A stretch of DNA of 64,000 nt. Source: Octopus vulgaris. Its lineage: Eukaryota. The notes beneath the pieces were generated by a model that was not told the origin of the DNA, searched no databases, and saw only the letters and a list, made by a program, of their open reading frames with translations. Each line of letters starts with the position of its first letter. Position 1 is the first letter of the stretch. The position numbers were made by a program, and so were the translations under genes. The stretch spans positions 43,710,001 to 43,774,000 of the forward strand of contig OX597830.1 of assembly GCA_951406725.2 (NCBI GenBank), read 5' to 3'. Below, one piece after another: positions 12,350-23,770 of this stretch.

Positions 12350-12547
12350 TCTCTCTCTCTATATATGTGTGTGTGTGTGTGTGCGAACGCGTGTATATGT
12401 GCGTGTGTGCTCATACCCAAACACTCACACGCATACAAATAGGTTTATATATAATATATATATATATTTATATATATATATATATATATATCTATATGGA
12501 TATTCCATATATATATATATATATATATATCTATATGGATCTTTTCC

Positions 12548-12585
<38 letters not shown>

Positions 12586-12926
12586 ACATACATACATATA
12601 TGTACATACATTGTGTATAGTATATGTATTTTTCTCTCTCTCTAACTCTGTATATGTGTGTGTGTGCGTATATTATGTATGCATGTGTGTGATTGTGTAT
12701 TTCTCAAGTATGTGTGTACATTATACACAGTATTATGTGTGTAAGCGTTAGTATGCCTGTGTTTTATATGTGTATGTTTACATACACATACGCATTTACA
12801 CACACACAGCTGTATATGCATGTACGCGTGCGCATATGTGTGTGTATACGTATGGTGTATGTATGAACGTATGTATGTATACGTGTGCGTGTGAGTGTGC
12901 GTGCGTGTGTGTGTGTGCGTGTGTGA
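12350..12926. repeat. Compound (TG)/(TA)/(CT) microsatellite field
   Basis: Directly visible. Confidence 0.95.
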
Positions 12927-13409
12927 CTGCACCGAAAAATAACTGGTTAAGATTCTTCAACGAAAAAAGAGAAAATGAAGACGCGAACGCGTAATGTCGA
13001 GCTGATTTAACGATTCTATTGTTGTTAACTGCCGAAGTAAGTTAACTGGATTTAGACAACATCCGTTATGGGAATAAGAAAAGTAAAATTAGTTATATTT
13101 ACACTTGCAGTAAGAGCTTAAAAGCTGCCTGCAGCCACTGCAAGCTAATGCCAAAAAAATGTGACAGATTTGTTTACAAATTTATTTTTTTATTTATACG
13201 TTAAAAAAAAAATGAAAACAAATAATGTATTCATTACTTAACAAAGTCCATTCATATAATACATATTCCATATATTTATATACAGATATAATATTAAGTT
13301 AGCGCTGGGTGTTTGGTTCTTTTTTTTTTATTATTATTATTATTCAAAGATCGTCGTTGGTAGGTGTGTGCTGAGTAAATTCGAACCTGCGTATTGATTA
13401 AGTGAGGTA

Positions 13410-13480
13410 GCCATGTGACGTGTGAGGGCCCAGGATGTGAAATCAGTGGAAAATGTGAATCCGTCGCCATATTGCTTTTT
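13410..13480 (+). promoter_or_regulatory. Probable core promoter of the ZIP gene
   Basis: CpG-rich non-repeat patch with CRE half-site TGACGT (13416-13421), Inr-like TCAGT (13443-13447) and YY1-like CGCCATATT (13465-13473). The TSS is inferred, not observed. Confidence 0.45.
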
Positions 13481-13491
13481 CACGTCTTCTC

Positions 13492-13503
13492 TGCGCACGG
13501 CCC
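13492..13503 (+). promoter_or_regulatory. Metal response element (MTF-1 site)
   Basis: TGCGCACGGCCC matches the extended consensus TGCRCNCGGCCC at 12/12, about 600 bp upstream of the ATG of a zinc transporter. Confidence 0.75.
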
Positions 13504-14102
13504 AAAACAAACGTGAAAGGCCATGTGTTAGAAAAATTTCAACCGGGACCTTCAAATGTAAATAATTTGGGTCATGATGATAATATATATAATAGATACA
13601 CAAACTTGCTATATACCCGCATTTCAATTTTGTCTGCAGCATAGGGACCTATCCAACGCAACAAACTAAACACAGCGATCCCGTTTTGATATTTCGGAGT
13701 ATTCTAACGAACATGTTTCTTCTTTTTATTGGAAAATTCCAAACAAGAACATAGCAAAATCTCATTATTTACATTGCAGTCCACCCCTTCATTTTCCCCA
13801 ACTTCTCAATTTGTTTTATTTTGCGAAAAAAACAACAACAAGAAAAAAAAAACGTTAATAATAATAATAATTGATTGTTTAATTAATTTTGGAGAGGATG
13901 TGAATTTATGTTTAGAAGAAAAAAAAAATTCAGTCTGTTTCATTTTTTTCCTTTTATTTAAATAATTTGAACACCTTATTTTTTTATCTTTTCATTAATG
14001 TCTTTTATTTGTTAGTTGAAGAAAAAGAAAAATATTCTCCAAGCGTGTTAATTTGTATTACATTGAAAATTTTCTTTACGACTAAGCTGTTCAGCCGTGA
14101 CA

Positions 14103-14678
14103 ATGTGCCCGGTATTCACTGGAAAGTATTGCATCTTATGTTTTCTCTTCTGTTTGCTTCTGTCGCCTTCTTCTCCCAGTAAATCTGAGAAAACCCGGCT
14201 TTCACCACCACCGTCACCAAATACGACACCGCCACCACCACAATCATCGCATAATGCTAGACATGAAGACAATTACAAGCAAAAAAGTACCCCATCTTAT
14301 GAGAAAACTAGTCTTAATTTCGATTCCGAACACCAAATCTCCCTACCCCATAGTAGGAACACTACTTTACACTACATAAAAATTCTTTTTGACAAATACG
14401 GCGAAGCCGACACTTTGACATTAGACGGTTTGAAACTATTACTTTACAGCCTCGGCCTTCAAACTGGCCAGAATGTCTCCGATTTGTTATCCGCAACTTC
14501 CAAGTCTCCTGTCCCCTCGAATCCATCTTTTCTTCATTCTTCGAAAGCTTCCACACTTGTCGACAGCACGGAAGGGCTGAATTCTGTTCAAGGTGCTCGC
14601 TCCAGGAGACACGTATCTAGTCACATATCAACTGATTCCAACAACAATGGGAAAAACAACAACCGTCCATCATCAGCG
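14103..14678 (+). CDS. SLC39A10: ZIP transporter coding exon 1 (signal peptide and ectodomain)
   Basis: ATG at 14103, hydrophobic Cys/Leu signal segment, conserved LFDKYGE..L..DGLK.LL.SLGL block, donor GCG|gtaata (phase 0). Confidence 0.88.
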
Positions 14679-17600
14679 GTAATATTCACATTTTCTTACT
14701 TTTACATATTTTCTACTACTAACCTTCTATGTACATAGCTAGACTCACTTCTTTACTCTGTCCACTCTCTCTATATCTTCATTTATTGTTTTCCTTCTTC
14801 GCTCACTTGTTATTTTACCTTTTTCTCCGCTACCACTTTGTTCTATTCTTTCTTCCCTTCGAAGTCGGCAATATTTTGCAACACAAACTTTAAATTTTCT
14901 CATATATGCATGTATTAAAAGCAAATGAAGTGCCCCCCTTTTTTATTATTATTTTCTTAATTACTATACAATATATTAACACCAGTATATCATACGCATA
15001 CGAGCACATGTGTGTGTAGTACACACACATACACATGCGAACAGACACAAACAAAAAAAAATTACCTCCACATTATTATCTTCAGTCAATATACTGTTTT
15101 AAAATACAAGGACTGACCCTTTCAAGTGGATTAAAAGCTAAATCTCTCTTTTTCTCTCTCATTCATGTGTGTGTGTGTGCGTATCTCTTAACCACAAGAG
15201 CCTGTTCACCTCCAGGCGAAACTCTGGTTAGCAATAAACTAACACCATCAAAATTATATGTATCTCCACACCATCAGCAGTTGGCTCGAAAGCAATAAAA
15301 AAAAATCACACAAAAAAAGAAAAAGGCATTAAAAAGTTACTTCGAACGAATCCCAAGTTCTTTATAACTTCAGAGATATTTCTAATCAGCTAAAGATATT
15401 TGGTTTTCTCAACCGACGGAATGTTGCATGCATCCTTTTCATTCATATTTAATCGTGCATGTGTAAGATTGAATGTCTTAAAGCAGAACTGATCACATAA
15501 CATTTAGCATTCAATTCGGCGATGGTGGTGAGGATCCTGGCATAGCTGTTCAGATTCATAATTTTTCAACCTTTAAAAATATTCATTTAGATCAGTATCG
15601 TATTATTATTTTTTTATTCTCCGTCTGAATCTTACTTTGAGAGAGTAGATCTTTTGTTACAAAGAAATTGCATGCTACGTCTGAAACTTTGCATCAGTCG
15701 ATTAACATCTCATTTCGTAAAGAGAATAAGGGTACATCTCACACTCTTGATTTACCAATGTTCAGAATATTAATTTATTCCTGCTATAATATTATACTTC
15801 TCTGAGAATTTTAGATTAAATTTAAAGTACCCTATACCATATGACATTTAAAATAAAGATTAAGTTGGTACTGTGGAAGTATTATATATATATATTTATG
15901 TATATCTCTTATATATATATATATGTTTCTTTATAAACTGACTATTTACCAATATAAGTAGTCTTTTTTAATCAAAGCCATATATTATTTTGGTTTCAAC
16001 GAAGGTAACTCGTCTTCACATTTCACAAGTAGCTTTTAATGCTTTTGTTGAAACAAACCACCTGCATCTGTCACTAAATGTTAAAACACTATCTTATCTA
16101 AATCAAACATCATTATTGACAAATGCTTTCAAATTTTAAGAGATTACAATAATGTAAATGTGTGTGTGTGTCAATAATGGTTAAGCTTAATATGAAGGAA
16201 AGGAATTAACAAGACTTGTTGATTTCAAGTTTGTATCCATTAATTTTTTAAAAATATATCCCCTTTTCCTCATTCAGTTCTAGATTAGTCCCCAGCACAA
16301 CCCTTTAGCATTCAGGTTTTTTGTGTCAAATGCAATGCTTATTTATTCACAGTTTTGAATGATTCATGCATTATCTTGTAGCTTTGAGATTTTGATGAAG
16401 TAACTGTTAATTTTTAGAATGATATTGTAGGGTTGGTGTGAGAGGCCTGATCTTGTCAGTTTGAACATAAAATAGGTGGAATATATGGTCTGTTTAAATG
16501 CTAAATAGTAGGATTCATAACATTTGCACCTAATTTAACTAATTATTGTATTCAGCGTTAACTGGTTGAGCTGCTTAAAACAATCTCACTGCTAACACCC
16601 CACAAGAACCTAATTACAATTCAAAGAATGAGCCATCAAGGAACCTCAATGTGGTTGCTTAACTTGCAATAAATAAGTCAGATCTCTCAGATCTTTTATT
16701 AAAGAACACAGGATAATGTGGTCTTAAGTAAACTTTGCCATGTTTTGGTCATGGTTAAGACTCACTTGGGGCTAAACAGTAAAAGCAATTCAAGAATAGA
16801 TGATAATTATTCCCCAGAATATGACAGAAGCTAACTCGGAGACAGTCTTCAGTGATGTGACTGCAAATAATAATTCAAAATTCTATTCAGTTTAATCGAA
16901 TGAAACCTGTCGGATTTAGATTTTGAAAATGTTTAAGTAAAATATCCAATTCAAATTATCATCCTGTAATTAATGCTAGAAGAGGTCAGATATTTGGCTC
17001 CTGGTCAGCCTATGCTCAGAGGTATTCCTGCCATGACCATCTTGCCCTTTTTTTTCTGTGTGTAAAGAATTTGAGAAATGCAATTTAAGAGATTTGGCTG
17101 CTATTTCCAACAGGGTAAGTAACATTGTAGAAGCCCGCCCACCCCTCCACCTCATTGGTTCATCAGTACCAATTTTAATCAAAAAGTTACACTTTACATC
17201 AGTTATGTATTATTTGAATGACCAAGTTACCATACTTGCTTCATTGATTTTTTGTTTTTTTTTAAGTTGTTTTAAATTCTTATTCTTTAAATTAAAACTT
17301 TCCATGATGATAATGTGAGAACCTTTTCTGAAGTAGTTTTATGTTTTAAACATCAGCTTAAATTATATGTCTATTTCAATGTGTGGTTTGGTGTTTAATG
17401 TATTTGGCTATGAAGCCATAAATTCAATAGCCAGCAGTACATTGTGTTCTTGGGCAAGACACTTTACATTGCTCCAGTTCACTCAGCTGATAAAAATGAA
17501 CTGTACCTGTATTTCATAGAGTCAACTTTGTCGCATTCTGTGGCATGCTTTACGTTCTGAGTTCAAATTCTGCTGAGGTCAATTTTGCCTTTCGTCCTTT

Positions 17601-20600
17601 CGGGTCAATAAATTAAGTGCCAGTTGCACACTGGGGTTGATCTAATCGACTGGCCCCCTCCCTAAAAAAATTTCAAACCTTGTACCTAGAGTAGAAAAGA
17701 TTCTGTGTCACCTGAGAACTACATTAACGGTATTCATGTTTGTAGAGTGCTCAGCCACTTGGATGTTAAATTTTATGAGCAGGCTGTTCCATTGATTGGA
17801 TCTACTGGAAACAGAGTGCCACTTTTTAAAATTTTGTTCACATGTTGGTACAGTTCCCTATTACAGTATATACTTGAATATTTTCTTAATTTGCTTTGTT
17901 GAACCTCAGTGCCACAAAGGCTGGGCTGTGCTAGATTATTTGTTGTACTCCCTGCTGGTGCTCAAAGAACTAAAATAATTGTATGACTTACCATCACACA
18001 ATATTTTCAAGTCTAATTTATTATTAAAGATTTTCAACATTTTACCTTTTGATAGTGCAAGCATACTTGTATGGTAAGCTTGCTTTTCAACCACATTGCT
18101 CTGAGTTCAGTCCTAGCCTGTCACTCCTTGGGGCAAGTGTCTTCTATTATACTCCTGGTCCGACTGAAGCCTTGTGAAATGATTTGGTAGATTGAAACTG
18201 AAAGAAATCCATCATGTGCACACACACACACACACACACACGTGTGTGTGTGTGTGTGTGTGTCTTTTGCATTTGTTCCCCATCACTACTCAGCAACTGG
18301 TGTTGGTTTGTTTATATCCCCATAACATAACAGTTCAGCATAAAAGACCAATAGAATAAGTACCAGACAGGCTTTAAAAAAATACTAAGTTCTGGATTCA
18401 ATTTGTTTGACTAAATAAGCCCTTCAATGTCATGTCCCAGCATGGCTATAGTCCAATATTGAAACAAGTAAAAACTAAAAGATCAGTCAAATAATGATAC
18501 ATAATGGTAGAAAGTAAGTAGAAGCAACCAAGTTCTTAGTTTGTTTTTTTGTCCCTCTATATTCTGGATTTGAATTTTGTATTGGCTTTGAATTTCAACT
18601 CTTGGGTCGATGTGCTGATAAATATCAGATAACTGCACCCTATTCCCAGTGAAATTCAATTTTGTATCTCACTCATCTGTATTCCAAATCCTCAGAGATC
18701 AATAATTCCAAATAAATTTGAAGGAAAACTGAGAATATGCTGTGAGAGTGAATCTTGGAATCATTTCATTTGTTAGAGCATCACTGTATAATATTCTGCA
18801 ACAAATAAATCTAACTGGAGCTTTCCTTCAGAACATTGGAATTCAGTGACGCAGACTAACAAAATTCATTTGTACATTACTGTGGTTGCACCCACTCATG
18901 AAATCATTTTATGGGCGTAAGTGTGGCTGTGTGGTAAGAAGTTTGCTTCCCAACCACATGGTTCCAGGTTCAGTCTCACTGCATGACATTTTGGGCAAGC
19001 GTAAAGAAGCCTGTCATATGTTGGTGTTTTTACCCCACTACCACTTGACAACTGGTGCTGGGGTATTTATAGCTTCATAATTTAGTAGTTTGGCAAAAGA
19101 GACCGAAAGAATAAATACCAGATTCAAAAAATATTTTTAAAAAACTACTAAATATTAGGGTTGATTCATTTGACTGAAATTCTTGAAGTCTCCTGTCTGA
19201 AACAACTAAAAGATAAAGAGAGTGAGGCAGAAGTGTGCAGACAGGTGATTTAAGCTGATATGTGAAGCACTAATTACTGATCTGTCTTTTTAATTGTTGC
19301 AGTATCTAGGAATTTCTCTGTTTTTATTGATGAATTTGTGTTCTAATAAATATTTCTTTACTTCTGTCTTCATGTGGATGAAGGTTTCCATAAATAGGAG
19401 AGGCTGAAGAGAGGAAATTTGTACATGTTATTTTAAGGTTAGCTTCATGGGGAAGAAGAAAAAAAAATCTGTGCAACATTTAGTTATTGGTGTTATTGAG
19501 AAACCCCAGTTGGGTCTGTGTTGAGTAAACCACATTGTAGTATATTAGTCAGTTTAATTGTAGTACTTTGAGTTCAGTGAACATTTTATTTAGCTCTTTG
19601 ACTCATCTCAAAATTCCTAAATTGTGTTGATTTTTTTCCCCCCTGAATTAACAGCAATTTGGATATTGGCAAAGCCTATAACAGTACTAACAACTTGTGG
19701 TAACAGTTGTAGTGTCGTAGCTGGAGGGGTTGTAGATATGTGGGAAATATGTCAAACAGCTAAGCTGCTGGCACATAACTTTGAGTAGTGGGGGAATGTA
19801 TTTTGTGGTTGAAAAAGACTCAACAGTTATTGTTAGAAGGCTTTTCACAAAAGGTGGCTTTCTAATCAAATATCTAATTTCTGCTTTTATACTGGTGCTT
19901 CAATTAGGTTGCAAAATATGAGAAAAATACCCTCCTATGAAACATTTGTCTAACAAGAAGTTCTAAATATGTGTGTAGATAATACATCTACAATTATATA
20001 GAAATCATACCAACCATTTGTTGCCATATTTCTTTTGAAGTACATTAAACAAATTCAATTAATTTTTAAAATAATGAATTTGCTATTATTAAACTAGTGT
20101 TGGGCAAAATGCTTTACAGTATTTCTTCCATCTTTACATCCTGAGTTCATATTCTGCTGAGGTTGACTTAGCTATTCATCCTTTCAGAGTTGATAAAATG
20201 AGTACATTCAGTGCTGGGGTCAATGTAATTGACGAGCCCCAACCCCCAAAATTTCTGGCCGTGTGCCTATTATAAAAGGGATTATTAAACTGGTGTTTGG
20301 AACATAAATTAACAAGAATTTTTTTTTATGGAAGTTCTTAATTTAAATAATTTTAAAAAATTCTGTCATAGAAGTAGGGGATTGCCTCAAGGGTTGGTAT
20401 CAAAAGGGTTAAATTGTTCCTTTGCTGAAGAATGCTTTGTTGTTACCAATTTTTCACAAATTTCCTTGCTGCTCTCCCTCATCACCCAGATTAGAAGGAC
20501 CCAGTTCAACAATTAGCAGTGTCCCTTTTCTTCAGATTAATGAATTAAAAAATTTGTGATCAACTGCTTTGATGTTATTAATCCTACTTTAATGATTGTT

Positions 20601-23600
20601 TTTGTTCTTTAATATCTGCAATATTTTTTCAACTTTTCTACGTTTCATAAAGCATTTTAGAATATTTTGAATATATTTGATACATTTAAATTTTCAACTG
20701 ATCCACTCTGCTGTGAAAGAGGATTCAAACTGGGAATATAAACTACAAAAACACTTATTTGTTTCTAGCTAATTCAGCAAAGTATCACAAAATCATTTTC
20801 TTACTCCAGTGTCAGATATGCACAGCAGAGTTTGTTATTCTTGTGATTAATGCTGCATCACTGTTGCAATAGGATAGCAGCTCATGAGTTCAGCCAAGTT
20901 TCTGACACCTTAATAATCCATCATTGATCCTCCTCAGCCCTATTTATTTATATTTTATCTCTTTTAGTTGCAACATGCTGTGACCATATCTGCTTCTTTG
21001 ATACAAAAGAAAAACCTACCCACTTGAAATTGCTCTAATTTAAATTCAAATCGTCCTTTATAATGTTATGCAAGAATCTTTTATTAAGCAGTTACATTTC
21101 AAATGTCAGCTTAATGATGAAAAGAACTGGATATCAACCACATGATTCCAGGTTCAGTCCCATTATGTGACACCTTGGGCAAGTGTCTGCTACTAAATCA
21201 CCAGGCCAACCAAAGACTTGTGAATGGATTTGATAGAAAGAAACCTGTCGTGTGTGTTTTTGTGTTTGTTCCTCACCATCACTCGACTACTTGATCACTG
21301 GTGTCGGTTTGTTTATATTCCCATAATTTAGTGGTTCCGCTAAAGGATCCAATAGAATAAGTATTGGGCTTTAAAAGGATACAAGTGCTGGGCTCAATTC
21401 ATTCAACTAAAAATTTCTTTGAAGCCCAATGACTGAAACCAATAAATGATAAAAGATTTTACTTTCAAATTTTGGTCATTCTCAAAATGAATAGAAACAT
21501 TTAGGTTGTACTTTTGTATATTTTTGGGATGAGGAATTGTGTACATTATTTACAGTGGACGGACAGGTGTCCTCATCTTGTTTGTTGTTAACACGTTTTG
21601 GCTGATTTACTCTCCAGCCTTCATCAGGTATCCTGGTGGAATTTCAACCCCAACCCTTTATTTGACTAATGGGGTACTCTGTCCTCATTCCTGAGGTATG
21701 TTGCTAAGGTACGGGCATATAGCACAGTGAATAAGAGCACGGGTTACTAACCCTTGGATTCTAAATTCAATCCCAGGCAGGGACTTGAAAAATAATATCA
21801 ACAGAAAAATAACATCAGCAACATACCTTAGGAATGAGAACAGTGTACCCCATTAGCCAAATAAAGGGTTGGCTTCGAAAATTCCACCAGAACACCTGAT
21901 GAAGGCTGGAGAGTATATCAACCAAAACATTGTGATAACAACAAACAAGGTGGGGACACCTATCCATCTGTTGTAAATAATGAATAATGTACATGTAGGT
22001 TGTGTTTTTCAAGTTGAAAGAGAAAATAAATCAAAGTCTGAAGAAAATCTGCAGGCTTAATATTGGCATTCTGTTGGTTACGATGACCTGTGTTCCAGGT
22101 AATCCAATCGATAGGACAGCCCGTGCATGAAATGAATGTGCAAATGGCTGAGCACTACACAGATGCATGTACCCTTAACGTAGTTCAGGGAGATTCAGTG
22201 TGTCACAGAGTATGATGAGGCTGGCCCTTTGAAATACAGGTACTAAACATTATTGCAGGCTGAATGGACTGGAGCAACGTGAAGTAAAGGGTTTTGCTCA
22301 AGAACACAATGTGTCACTGGGAATCGAAGTCACAACTTTAGAGTTTAAGCCAGAGACTTTAGCCATTAAGCTATGCGCTTTCACTACATGCTTAATAGGA
22401 ACAACCAAGTTAGATTATCAGATGAAGTAGCAGTAAATATTTAAAATCGAGTAATTAATTAGGAGACTCATTTGCAAATGTTCTTTGATGCATGAAAAAA
22501 TAATGATAATGCAGTAATTGTTTTAACAGAATTATATACTTTGTTTTGCTGTTGATAACATTATCAGAATGGGAGCAACTAAAGAAGGAAAATTGTGGTT
22601 GCTTCCAGGTTAATCCTTTAACATTTAAACTGGCCAGATCCAGCCCAAATAATCTATTTGTTTTAGGTTTTAAATGGCTAGATCCAGCCTCTTGTACCTA
22701 CCCTGTAATGTTGTTCTAAAAACAAATAATCACATCTTTGAAATCTCAAAGTTGCAAGAAAATCTGAGGATCCGTTTTTGAAAAAAATGTGGATAAATAA
22801 GCATTACTTTTGACAGTAATCTGAATGCTAAAGTGTTAATAGTCAACTACCTTAAAATAGTGCCTAAGTGCCTTATTATCAAGCATATATGTATGAAGAA
22901 ATATGATTTTGGTGGAAAGGGATATCACATTGGCACAGGCATGGCTGTGTGGTGAAGAAGCTTGCTTTGGAATCAGGCTGGTTCGAGGTTCGGTCCCATT
23001 GCACAGCACCTTGGGCAAGAGTCTTCTACCATAGCCCTGATCTTGTGAGAGAATTTGATATATAGAAATTGTCTATATTTCTTACCCCTCCACACTGCTT
23101 GATAACTGGTGTTGGTTTGTTTATGTCCCTGTAACTTAGTGCTTCAGTAAAAGAGACTCAAAAACAAAATAATGGGGGTGGGGGACTTGTTTAATCACAC
23201 AAATGTGGCCATGCTGGGGTTTGATTAAACTCCAGCATGGCCACAGTCCAGTGGCTGCAACAAGTAAAAGATAAAAAGATTATATATTGCCGTTTCATGC
23301 AACACCTTATCCAACACAGTTTCATGGAGACACAAATCATCATTGCTTCTTATTTCTGGTAACCATTCTCTTTACTACACATATACACTGCTACCTTTCT
23401 CTCTAGATTTCTTCTCCGACAGAGGGAACCTACCCAAAATGTTAAGTCTGTGCCTTCATTTGACACAGCATACACATTTATTTTGTGTGTCTCCTTGTCA
23501 TTCTCACATCAAAGTAGTGAGTGAGTGTCACTGTCATATAAGCGGTATCATTCATTTCTAGTATTCTGCATAAACATGTTTGCTAATGGGGGAAATATTT

Positions 23601-23721
23601 CCTTGCTTGGAAACAGATGAAGGCTGGTGACAGGAAGGGCATCCAGCTGTAGGAAATCTACTGACATAAATTCTGGTTCTTGCAAGCATGGAAAAGTTGA
23701 AAATGATAATGATATATAATT

Positions 23722-23770
<49 letters not shown>

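Noticed and set aside
21713-21780. Possible tRNA gene
   Set aside because: No acceptor-stem pairing and a decayed B box; treated as a SINE-type head
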